This document shows, one piece after another, positions 52,797 through 64,000 of a stretch of 64,000 nucleotides of DNA. The notes under the pieces were generated by a model. The model did no database searches. It saw only the letters and a program-made list of their open reading frames with translations, and was not told the DNA's origin. Each line of letters starts with the position of its first letter. The stretch's first letter is position 1. Both the position numbers and the translations under genes were made by a program. Source of the DNA: Octopus sinensis (Eukaryota); the NCBI RefSeq assembly GCF_006345805.1, contig NC_043021.1, positions 1-64,000 on the forward strand. The letters are read 5' to 3'.

Positions 52797-53539
52797 TAAT
52801 TTTTAAAAAATATATAACTTATAACTAGACCTCAAAAAGTATAAAATGAATGATAGATATATAATATAATAAGTATTATATAACGTTCGAACTCAGAACA
52901 TAAAGACAGACGAAATACAGCTAAGCACTTTGCCTGGCGTGCTAACATTTCTGCCAGCTCGTCGCCTTCCAGTCGTAGAAATAATGCCAAAGCAGATATT
53001 GAGCGCGGTGGAGCCCTCTCAATCGTCGGTTCCTGTCGAACTGTACAGAATGGGAAACGGACAGGAAACGATGCTCATGATATATAAATACGCATGCACC
53101 AACACACCAATTCCGGGAAAGGTTGTCTATGGAAGACCAGCCGTCACCCATGCGTACCACCAATGTTTTCCAAGGGGCCGATACGGCTTGGCACACTGCA
53201 ACTCATTTCTACAGCTGAGTGAACTGGAGCAACGTGAAATGAAGTGTCTTGCTCAAGAACACAACACACAGCCCGACTGTGAGCTGGGCACTCTAAGCCA
53301 TGCGCATTCATATATGTGAGGGCGCATGGCCTGGTGGTTAGGGAGTTGTACTCACGGCTGCGAGATCGTAGTTTCAATTCCTAGACCGGATGGTGTGCTG
53401 TATTCTTGAACAAGACACTTCATCTCACATCGCTCTGCGATCCTTTCCACACCTGACGTGGGGCACACCGTGGTACCAGTTCAGACGACATCGATTTGAT
53501 GGAGGGAGGGAGTTAATGTGCGGCACGAACATTTGATCA
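51110..53539. repeat. ~2.4-kb near-perfect palindrome, no spacer, centre ~52330, bounded by (TA)n
   Basis: 51110-52330 mirrors 52335-53539, including two head-to-head SINEs, a family C SINE head, unique AT-rich DNA and the (TTA)/(TA)/(GATA)/(CA) microsatellites in reversed order. Confidence 0.95.
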
Positions 53540-53545
53540 TATATA

Positions 53546-53604
<59 letters not shown>

Positions 53605-53630
53605 ATATTTTTATATATATATATATATAC

Positions 53631-53855
53631 ATACTTAAAGAGAGAATGAGGTGAAAAAGCGATAGGCACATACGCACACATCCAGATATATGTTCATCTG
53701 TTAAACACAGACAGGGGCAGTGTGCTGGTCATTTGCAATGATTGAATTTCTCTTGGCATGCGAGGCAATGGCCAGTGTCAAACTGTGAGCAACCCACTTA
53801 ATCGAAACTCCATTATGGAGAGTCCGGCTTGGATGCAATGGCTATCCACACCGGT
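53631..53855 (+). repeat. Inverted repeat arm A (~225 bp), partner at 56395-56627
   Basis: GTGAAAAAGCGATAGGCAC...GGATGCAATGGCTATCCACACCGGT is the reverse complement of 56395-56600. Confidence 0.95.
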
Positions 53856-54334
53856 GTGTGTGTGGTGTGTGGTGTAACATGATATATTTGATTATATGAA
53901 AGCCTGGCAGCCTTGTTTCAATTGCAAATTAATTTTGCCAATTAAATTTGAAATTCAAACAAGGGAGGAAAAAGAAATACTAATACTAATACTACTACTA
54001 ATAATAATGTAATTAAAGTGTAATCCAACTGAGATCAACGGTCGTTGGAGCACGACCATTACTTATGGTTTTCGAGGGGAACCAGGGTGGATAATTCCGG
54101 ATTATCTAATCCCGCCTCACCATTTCTCAAAGACGTCTGCATTGATCAATCTATTCTGTTTTACTACATTCAACAAAGGAGGGAAGAGTTCGAATCTTGA
54201 AAACTTGATATCCCGGGACTATGAAAACAAAAAGCAAAGAAAAAAAAAGAAAAAAGTTAAACAAAGCGCAGGTGGGTAGTATCTAGCCTGACGCAGGATC
54301 GTGTCCCACGAGATGCTGCCGCTGTGTTGCCTAC

Positions 54335-54438
54335 CTCCGGCCTCTTGTGCTGACGTAACGGGTAGTCCAGTCCACTTGTAATGACGAATACTCGGCCAAA
54401 CTCTTTAATCTGTCTTTTGCGTAGCCGACCAGAACGGC
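54335..54438 (-). CDS. Candidate internal coding exon (104 nt, phase 0 to 2): AVLVGYAKDRLKSLAEYSSLQVDWTTRYVSTRGR
   Basis: Acceptor TACTTTCTCCCAG|G, donor GAG|GTAGGC; locally GC-rich; in frame with the 56217-56344 exon and with the terminal exon via the 41676 acceptor. Confidence 0.62.
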
Positions 54439-54491
54439 CTGGGAGAAAGTACATGAGAATTATTGGATAATATCAGTGATTCCGGTTGTAG

Positions 54492-54548
<57 letters not shown>

Positions 54549-54934
54549 GATGATGATGACGATGAAAGTGGCGATGATAAGAAAGATAAGAAGGAGGATG
54601 GTAACGATCATGATGACAACGTTAAGAAATGAACGGTAAATTTTCATAAAATGCACAAAACGACCGCAAAGCCGTTCTTCCAGATACCTTGGGGGCCATT
54701 TGATTAATCAAGATAGCGTTCATATGAAGTGGCATTGATATGAACATCGTATATATCTTCCATGTCATATTTAATTTATAATCTTTAATTTATAATATAA
54801 TTTATAATTACTTTATTATACGATTATATCTACACACACACACACTTGTATATTTCTATGTGTATGTATGCATATATGTGCCTATGTACAAGTCTATATG
54901 CATATATATGTATGTATGCATATATATATACATA

Positions 54935-55008
<74 letters not shown>

Positions 55009-55156
55009 CATATATATATTATATAATTATGTATTGTTGTGAGCTAGTGTTTAGGTACATATATTACATATATCTGTATGCTTATGCGTTTGTATGTGTA
55101 TATATATACATTTTTCATTTCATCTAGTTTCAGCTCACGAGCTGTGGCCATATATG

Positions 55157-55190
<34 letters not shown>

Positions 55191-56216
55191 TGTATGTATG
55201 TATGTATGTATGTATGTATGTATGCATGCATGCATGTATGTATGTATGTATGTATGTATGTATGTATGTATGTATGCATGTATGTATATAAGCGTATGCA
55301 TATACCTCCATACCGTATTTTTGCTTCTACACTTTACTCTGTCTCCCTTATAGTCTTTCTCTCTTGCTCACTCTCACTATATGTAACTAGTATCTCTCTT
55401 TATCACTCAGCTATCAATCTTTAACCTTCCCCACCACTCTCATCATTATACATAATAACTTTCTACATTGTCCCTTCAAATATCGCCTTAATACTAAACT
55501 ACTCCTTTTCGTTTCCCCTTTATTCTTGCTCCTTTTCTCTCACATTCATTCCGCTTCTCTACTTTTCTGATTTCGTGTCTTTTCCTTTCCTTTTACGCTT
55601 AGTTTTTATTAGTAGTATACATACATACATACATACATATATATATATATACTTATTTTAATCGCATCTATAATATTTAATCGTTAATCTTTAATTTCAA
55701 TTTTAGGCTTACTTCCATTATATTCTATTTTAATTACTTGCAATTCCTTTGTCTTGACATAATCTATTTTATTCTGTTTGCTTCTCCACTCGTATCTACG
55801 GCATATCTTTTATATAAAGTTCTGCACTTACAATTTACAAAATTTATTTAGTGGTCAGTGTTCACACAACACTGATGAACAACTGTTCTTCGAAACTCTG
55901 AGTAACTGTTCGTGAAGCTTTTCCCAATTTTAATACAATAGTTTATACATATATATATATAAGGTAGAAAACATTTTAGTGGGGAAGCAAATAACAGATG
56001 GATTGTGGTTCAGATGTGTTATTTATTTGACGAAAAGAATTATTACATCATGCGAAAAAAAATGTTTTCATCAGGTGAATATGTGTAAGAATTAAATATT
56101 TCAAATCATCTCAATTCCAAGGCAAAATGCCATTTCCTGACTCACCGACCAAACTTCAGTCAGAGAGTGATTAGAATACAATCCATCTGTTGTTATTTGT
56201 TTATTATTCACCTTAC

Positions 56217-56344
56217 TTGGAACTTGTAATTAGCTTTGATCTGGAACCTATCGAGTGTAGTACAATTGGCACAGTGTGTGTACCCCTTGAGCAGCCTTGA
56301 GACTAGTTGTGTATTCAGTCGACCATTTCTTACTGTGCACACAA
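56217..56344 (-). CDS. Candidate internal coding exon (128 nt, phase 1 to 0): VCTVRNGRLNTQLVSRLLKGYTHCANCTTLDRFQIKANYKFQ
   Basis: Acceptor AAACTTGTTACAG|TT, donor CAA|GTAAGG; only one frame is open and its exit phase matches the next exon. Confidence 0.62.
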
Positions 56345-56394
56345 CTGTAACAAGTTTAACAATATAAACGGTATTATATAAAGAGGTTAAAGAA

Positions 56395-56624
56395 ACCGGT
56401 GTGGATAGCCATTGCATCCAAGCCGGACTCTCCATAATGGAGTTTCGATTAGGTGGGTTGCTCACAGTTTGACACTGGCCATTGCCTCGCATGCCAGAGA
56501 AATTCAATCATTGCAAATGACCAGCACACGCCCTGTCTGTGTTTAACAGATGAACATATATCTGGATGTGGTGCGTATGTGCCTATCGCTTTTTCACACC
56601 CTCCTCATTAAGCTCTTATAAGTA

Positions 56625-56627
<3 letters not shown>
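56395..56627 (-). repeat. Inverted repeat arm B, partner of 53631-53855
   Basis: Direct comparison; both inner ends stop at ACCGGT and both outer ends run into (TA)n. Confidence 0.95.
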
Positions 56628-56717
<90 letters not shown>

Positions 56718-57599
56718 TTGTATGTAGTATGTATGTATGAATATGTTCGTTGCATCATCACCGTGGTTAAAGACGGTAGCAACAGCTCGGTGTTTTATGG
56801 CCGGTTGCGGTGGCAACTGACCTTATTTGGAGAAAGAACCAGCAGACATGACAGCTTAGGACATCAATAAAAGTTGGAATGCTTGGTCATGAATAGCAAG
56901 AGTGACCTCCGGTCATCACCAACTGGTCATCAATCAAACACAAAACAGTGTATTCCGTTTCTTTCGTTTGATTTCCTACTTTTTCCTCCGATATTTATGT
57001 TTCCTTATCAGCTACATACAGTGATACCTACGTCAAAACAGAGATTCATACATATATAAACATACATATATATTCATATACACACATGTATATACAATCA
57101 CGCATATATATATTTGTATATATATGATGCATTTATAAATATATATGTGTATGTAACTATGTATGCGCGCGCGTTTGTGTCAGTGTGTACGTGTGCGTGT
57201 GTGTGTCTGTGTGTGTGTTTATATGTTTTTCTTCATGACGAAAATGAGCAAACAGCCATAACTGATCAATGGTATGCATTTAAAGAACAAATATAAAGGT
57301 ATACTAAAAAAAAATATAAGATAACTTTGCGATATTTGGAATTATTTTTGCTTGTTTGGAAGCGAAAGTAATTATTAGGATTAATAATTAAGACCAACTC
57401 GAAATGAGAAAAGATTACTTTTCTTGAGAATCCAAATGTTTTTTCATCTACCATGAAATAAAACACACTCTGAGAAGACACGACCACGGCTGTCCTCATG
57501 TCTTCGGATAATAAAACTATTTCTTCATGGAAAAACAAAGTAATCTTGATTGTTAAAATTGTCTCCCCTTCTCGTTTGGAGTCGGTCTTAAACGCCACC

Positions 57600-57865
57600 G
57601 AACAATTACTCTTTTACTCTTTTATTTGTTTCAGCCATTTCACTGTGGCCATGCTGGAGCACCGCCTTCAGTCGAAGAAATCGACTCCAGGATATATTCT
57701 TTGTAAGCCTAGTACTTATTTTATCGATCTCTTATGCTGAGCCGGTAAGTTTCGGTCACGTAAGCACACCAACATCGGTTGTCAAGCGATGATGTGGGGA
57801 TAAACATAGACACACAAACACACAAACACACACACACAAACACATACACACACACACATATGTAT

Positions 57866-57912
<47 letters not shown>

Positions 57913-58042
57913 ACGGGATTCTTTTAGTTTCCGTCTACCAAATGCACTTACAAGTTATTGGTCGACACCCACCCAAGGTGCCACGCAGTGGGATTGAACT
58001 CGGAACCATGTGGATGGTAAGCAAGCTACTTACCACACAGCC
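57600..58042 (-). mobile_element. SINE (family B, near complete)
   Basis: Reverse-complement homologue of 59695-60090. Confidence 0.85.
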
Positions 58043-58199
58043 TGGTGTTCAACCTTCTCTAGAAATAGATATATCTTCCGTAAATAAAGAATTTATTTTG
58101 TTGTATCTCGGGAGGATCGTAATGCAAATAAGAATGTACGCTGGTTCTATTTCAATTTTTATAATTATTAAGGTCAGTTAACCATTTAACCAATTAAGT

Positions 58200-58520
58200 G
58201 AAGGCGCGTGGCTTATTGGGTAGGGTAATCGGCTGACGATCGTAAGGACATGAGTTCGATTCCTGGCGGCGCGTTGTGTCCTTGAGCAAGATACTTCATT
58301 TCACGTTGCTCCGGTGCACTCAGCTGCCACAAATAAGTTGTACCTGTAATTCAAAGGGGGACAGCCTTGTCGCATTCTGTAAATCTTCCTCAGAACGACA
58401 TTAAGTGTTAAGCGTGACTATGGTGTACTCAGCCACTTGCACGTCAATTTCATAAGCAAGCCGTTCTGTTACTCGGTTCAGCCGGGACGCTGGTCGTCGT
58501 AACAGACGGAGTACCGTTTA
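58200..58520 (+). mobile_element. tRNA-derived SINE (family A)
   Basis: A box TGGCTTATTGG, B box GAGTTCGATTCC, body GTGTCCTTGAGCAAGA...TCACGTTGCTCC; homologue at 18100-18408. Confidence 0.85.
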
Positions 58521-58694
58521 TTTAACCCATTGAAATGGTTGGTTAACCAATAAAAAAACAAAATCGATTGTTTGATTACTCGTTCGATTCAATAAACGAG
58601 TCAGGTTTTCCAAAGTCCTTCGCTCGCCATTCGCCACCTCATCAACCACCTTCCTTCCGTTCCCTCTTCGCTCCACTTTTGCTTCACGTCTTCT

Positions 58695-58728
<34 letters not shown>

Positions 58729-59046
58729 CATCTATGTTATGATACATATATATACATGTATGTGTGTATCTGTGTATATGTATGCATATATATGTATATA
58801 AATGTGTTTATATACACACACATATATATATATATATATAAATATATGCGTACATATATGTGCAAGCTTCATACGCATACAAATACGCACGGTGCATACA
58901 CACATGCACACACACACACACGTAATTTATATATATATATATATACACACTATCACAAAAACATATATATATATATACGTATATAAATATGTATACGTTT
59001 ATATATATATATGCATATATATACATATGTATGTATATATATATAT

Positions 59047-59140
<94 letters not shown>

Positions 59141-59694
59141 ATGGGTGAGTTGGAGACGTAGCCTTACATACTTATCATGTTGAAATATATTACATTCACT
59201 TTTCAAAACCTATATTTTAGAATTTATTTGCGTCCTTCGCTATTTATATCATCACGAAATGTGTATGTGCATATATATATGTATATATATACATATATAT
59301 ATTATATATATATATAGATATATATATATATATATATATATTATATTATATATAATATATATACATATAGACATACATATAGATGTATATATATATTGGC
59401 ATATAGAATGTTATTTATATCATATGATAGTGCTAACCCTTGAGTTCAGTCAGCATAATTCATATTTGTGTCAAGATAAATCCATATTCCAATACAAAAA
59501 TATTTTGCAATATTTAAATCTGTGATTTGATTATAATTAAATCTTCCTCCTTACATTGCTACCGCTTTCAACAGAAATGGTGGCCGGTTAGAAATTCTTC
59601 AGTTTCTATAGAGCCTCATCTAAAAGCGATATTTTTGCCTTGAATAGTGTTAGCACCGTATAAATACATACATACATGCATTATATATATATAT

Positions 59695-60090
59695 GCGCAG
59701 GAGTGGTTGTGTGGTAAGTATCTTGCATATCAACCGCATGGTTCCGGGTTCAGTTTAACTACATGGCAACTTAAGCAGGTGTCTCCTACTATAGCCTCGG
59801 GCCGACCGAATTCTTGTGAGTAGATTTGGTAGACGGAAACTGAAAGAAGCCCGTCGCATATGTGTGTGTGTGTTTGTGTTTTTGTGCCTGTGTTTTTCTC
59901 ATCACCATCTCTTGACAATCGATGCTGGTTTGTTTATGTCTACGTAATCTAGGTCAGTCGGCAAAAGAGACCGAAGGAATAAGTACTAGGCTTACAAAGA
60001 ATAAATCCTGGGATCGATTCTCCGAGTAAAACCCTTTCACGCGATGCTCCAGCACGGTCGCAATTAAATGACTGAAACAAGTAAAGGAAT
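59695..60090 (+). mobile_element. tRNA-derived SINE (family B, near complete)
   Basis: GCGCAGGAGTGGTTGTGTGGTAAG head, GGTTCCGGGTTCAGT, internal (TG)n, tail GCTCCAGCACGGTCGCAATTAAATGACTGAAACAAG. Confidence 0.85.
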
Positions 60091-60118
60091 ATATATGGTG
60101 TGTATATATATATATTAT

Positions 60119-60149
<31 letters not shown>

Positions 60150-60301
60150 TAATATACATATATATATATATGTCGGGTATATATATGACTATTTACATAT
60201 ATAGTATGTACACACATACAGATATGCATGCATGAATGCAGAAAAGAAGAAGAAAGAAGAAAGAAAGAAAGAAAGAAAGAAAGGAAGAAAGAAAGAAAGA
60301 A

Positions 60302-60358
<57 letters not shown>

Positions 60359-60769
60359 GATATTCTTCACAGTTTGTGGTAAATAAATGCCTTTCCTCTT
60401 TTTTTACGTCATTCAAGGTAGGAAGCTCGAAGCGGGAACCGGGAAAATCATTAAAGCTGTTGATGCCATAGCGATATAAAAGATGCTCGAAGAAGTCTCT
60501 GATCTATAGAAAGGCATCGGAAATGTTGTAATTGAAGAATTGAAGGACGAAATATATTTGCTGAGGAATAAAAGATTTGAGTTTATTCAGAGGGGACAAG
60601 ATGAGAGAAGTCGTTGAAACAGCGATCTTTCTCTTCGTCTGAAGTATCACTGAGAACATCTGACTTTAAGAAGTGACTGTTGTCACCATTATCGCTTGGT
60701 GTCCACTTGGTCAGCACCATACCCTGAAGTCTGTAACTGAGGTCCAAAATAATAATAATAATAATAATA

Positions 60770-60816
<47 letters not shown>

Positions 60817-61076
60817 TTATAATAATGATAATAATAATAATAATAATAATAATAATATTTGGCGCATTTCCAATGAATGTGAAGTCTTGGCTGCCTTATA
60901 TGTTCGCTTGAGAACAGATAAGATATAAATATATATATATATAGAGAGAAATGTATAATTATATATAAAAATACATAATGAAAAGTACTTAGAAAATGTA
61001 CCAACATGCTAGAAATAGACGTCAAAAAGACTCTGAACCACCTATGGTTTTTAATTGCATGTTGGCCACTGACGTT

Positions 61077-61219
<143 letters not shown>

Positions 61220-61367
61220 AGTAGTAGTAGTAGTAGTAGTAGTAGCAGCAGTAGTAGTAGTAGTAGTAGTTGTATTCTATAATAATTTTATATATGTATG
61301 TCGATGGATGTATGCAGGCAGATAGGTAGATAGATAGATAAATAGAAAGACAGACAGACCTATTGAT

Positions 61368-61434
<67 letters not shown>

Positions 61435-61764
61435 AATATACATATATGTGTGTGTAGTTGTAAATGCATATTTTGAGGGCATAGTTTGATGGGGAGAGAG
61501 AAATCCCTCAGCAATTATCTTGTGTCATCCAAAATAGAGACGAGTATCAGCGACCCATCATTGTTGAGAGATTCTCTCTTTTCATGAAACCATTGGTAGC
61601 TTTGTTAATCCATAAATAAAGAATATTTCTACACCGAGGACTTCATTCTCACTGTTTGACATTAGCGTTTGTGAGTGCGTACGAGCATGCGTGTATGTGT
61701 GCGTGTATATATGTTTGTATCTACGTATATAAAGTCCATGAAAGATAAAGTGTACGCAACGTCC

Positions 61765-61960
61765 TTCCTGCTTGACCCTGTGGTTGGACAAGTGTTGTGT
61801 GTGAAAGTGCTCGCATCTTGATTTCGGGTTTGAAGAGGCATATGGCGGTTCATGGGGATCATATCTCACAAAGTGATTCGATTAAAGCAGAAGTTACTGC
61901 TTCCGACTGTCGACTACGCTTCAAATCATGCTGATCTTCAGCAGAGTCATCTGAGAGGTC
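61765..61960 (+). mobile_element. Possible LINE C-terminal zinc-finger relic
   Basis: CESARILISGLKRHMAVH resembles the terminal C2H2-like motif of some RTE-type ORFs; broken frame. Confidence 0.35.
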
Positions 61961-62586
61961 ACAGACGGAACGTCAGAAATGCCGTTCACGACAAGGAAGC
62001 TCAGAGAGAGAGAGAGCAGGAGAGAGGGCAATCGTCTGTGACGACGGAGAAATCACCATGTATTTATGTAAGCATGTATGTGTGTATGCATGTAGATATT
62101 TATGTATGTATATATGTATGTATGTATACATACATACAACAACATAACAAAGTCCTCAGAACGTAGTTGTCCTCCCCCTACGTTCAAATGTGTTTATCAA
62201 GCGAATCTCTTATCTCCAGAATCGTCTACAGATATTATAGCTTGACTTAATTCCATTTATCATACATTGTTACATACAAAGAGCTGCCATACAGGCAGAC
62301 AGCCAATTACAGGGACATATTATTATACATTATATAACACACACACCACACACACACACATATATATATATGCGTGTGTATACGTAATAATTGAGAGTTA
62401 TATGTACACAAATACACATAAAAATATGAACACAACCCATTACGTTATGAACGACTGACATATGTATAAATGTATTAAACGCGCACAAATATAGGTGCAT
62501 ATAGGTAGATAGGTAGGCGTGTGTGTGTATATATATTTCTATATATATATTCATATACAACATGCATATATATATGTATATGTATG

Positions 62587-62657
<71 letters not shown>

Positions 62658-62924
62658 ATGTCTGTATGTATGTATATATATGTGTGTATGTATGTATGTA
62701 TGTATGTATGTATGTATGTATGTATATTTGTATATATGAATGAATGAATAATTGGTGATTGTAAACATCTTCTGAACCAGTCTGTCTTGTAGTAATAGCA
62801 ACAAAAGCAACATCGACTAACGTCAAATGGTTAGAATTACGACAATAGTTATTAGTGGATGATGACGACGACGACGATGACGATGACAGTGGTGGTGGAG
62901 ATGACGATGGTGGGAACAAAGAAC

Positions 62925-63084
<160 letters not shown>

Positions 63085-63319
63085 TGGAAAAGAGGAGGAG
63101 GAAGTGGACTATGGGAGTGAGAGCCACGCAGATAATGAGTTTGCTGATGTTGATGATAATGATATTAATGATGATGATGATGACGATATCGGTAGGAAAG
63201 AAGAGGCTGACAGGGGTGGCGATGACGAAGAGGATGATGTTGCTGATTATGTCAATAAAGATATCTTGCATTAATAATATTGTAGAGTAAGTTGCAGTAG
63301 CAGCAGCAGCAGTAGCAGC

Positions 63320-63396
<77 letters not shown>

Positions 63397-64000
63397 TGTG
63401 GTGGTGGTAATGTTGATGATTAGCGTTCTACTTGTATTTCGAACTGTAATTTCTGACAAGCTCAAGAAGGCTCCTTTCAAAAGCGGTGACCCTCAACGTT
63501 AACACGTGTCGAAGAAGGAATGGACAGAACTCTATACTTTTTTGCTTTTCCTGCAGACAACCGTCTTCCCAAGAGACATCCAATAAACAACATCCCATGC
63601 TGATTAGCGGAATTGGGAATGTGGAACGTGCAGACCGTTGTTTTGGGCGGTGGGTTTGTATGTTTAAGAGTGTGGGAGATAGGTGGAGGGAGGGCCAGAT
63701 GGCGCTGCTTCCAGAGGTACGCTGCACTCTAATACAAATTAATGCTCTCTTATGGCCTTCGTTAGTTGTAATTGTGTTCTTGTGATGAATAAATAGTTTA
63801 GTAGTGTCTCGAATGATGAATGGGACGGTTTGTGTGCGGTCATGTGATCATGGTGACTGGAAACCGGATAACACAGTTAATGACTTCAAAACTGTATCAT
63901 GCATTTCCTCTTGGCGTCCATTTTTTTTTTTTGGCTTTTATCAACGTATATGTGCGTGTGTGTGTATACGAATTGATATACATATACATGAATATATACC

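Noticed and set aside
60385-60500. Open minus-strand segment IRDFFEHLLYRYGINSFNDFPGSRFELPTLND
   Set aside because: Its exit phase does not match the next candidate exon, and the opposite strand looks equally like decayed coding sequence.
63558-63717. Plus-strand acceptor/donor-bounded open segment
   Set aside because: Isolated, with no partner exons and no recognisable peptide.

Overview
AT-rich eukaryotic genomic DNA, saturated with microsatellites ((TA)n, (TAA)n, (GATA)n, (CA)n, (GAA)n, (TACA)n) and interspersed repeats. The style of the tRNA-derived SINEs and the repeat density suggest an octopod cephalopod (inference, not a database result). Most computed ORFs are microsatellite artefacts. 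Supportable content: (i) the 3' part of one minus-strand host gene, with an ~806-codon low-complexity terminal exon at 39267-41687 and two in-frame candidate exons at 56217-56344 and 54335-54438; protein not recognised. (ii) Two divergent R4/Dong-type non-LTR retrotransposons (RT plus restriction-like endonuclease), both in (TAA)n arrays in the same orientation; one is near full length with a single frameshift. (iii) Relics of Tx1-, CR1- and RTE-type LINEs, a mariner-type and a pogo/Tigger-type transposon, many SINEs and a tRNA-Asp pseudogene. (iv) Much inverted-repeat structure: a 0.7-kb and a 2.4-kb near-perfect palindrome bounded by (TA)n, and a ~225-bp inverted pair that brackets the two candidate exons (circRNA/ADAR-substrate geometry). 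(v) Hammerhead-ribozyme-like folds of the kind carried by Penelope-like elements. Frequent 1-nt indels between palindrome arms suggest imperfect long-read consensus, so frameshifts and palindromes need read-level confirmation.
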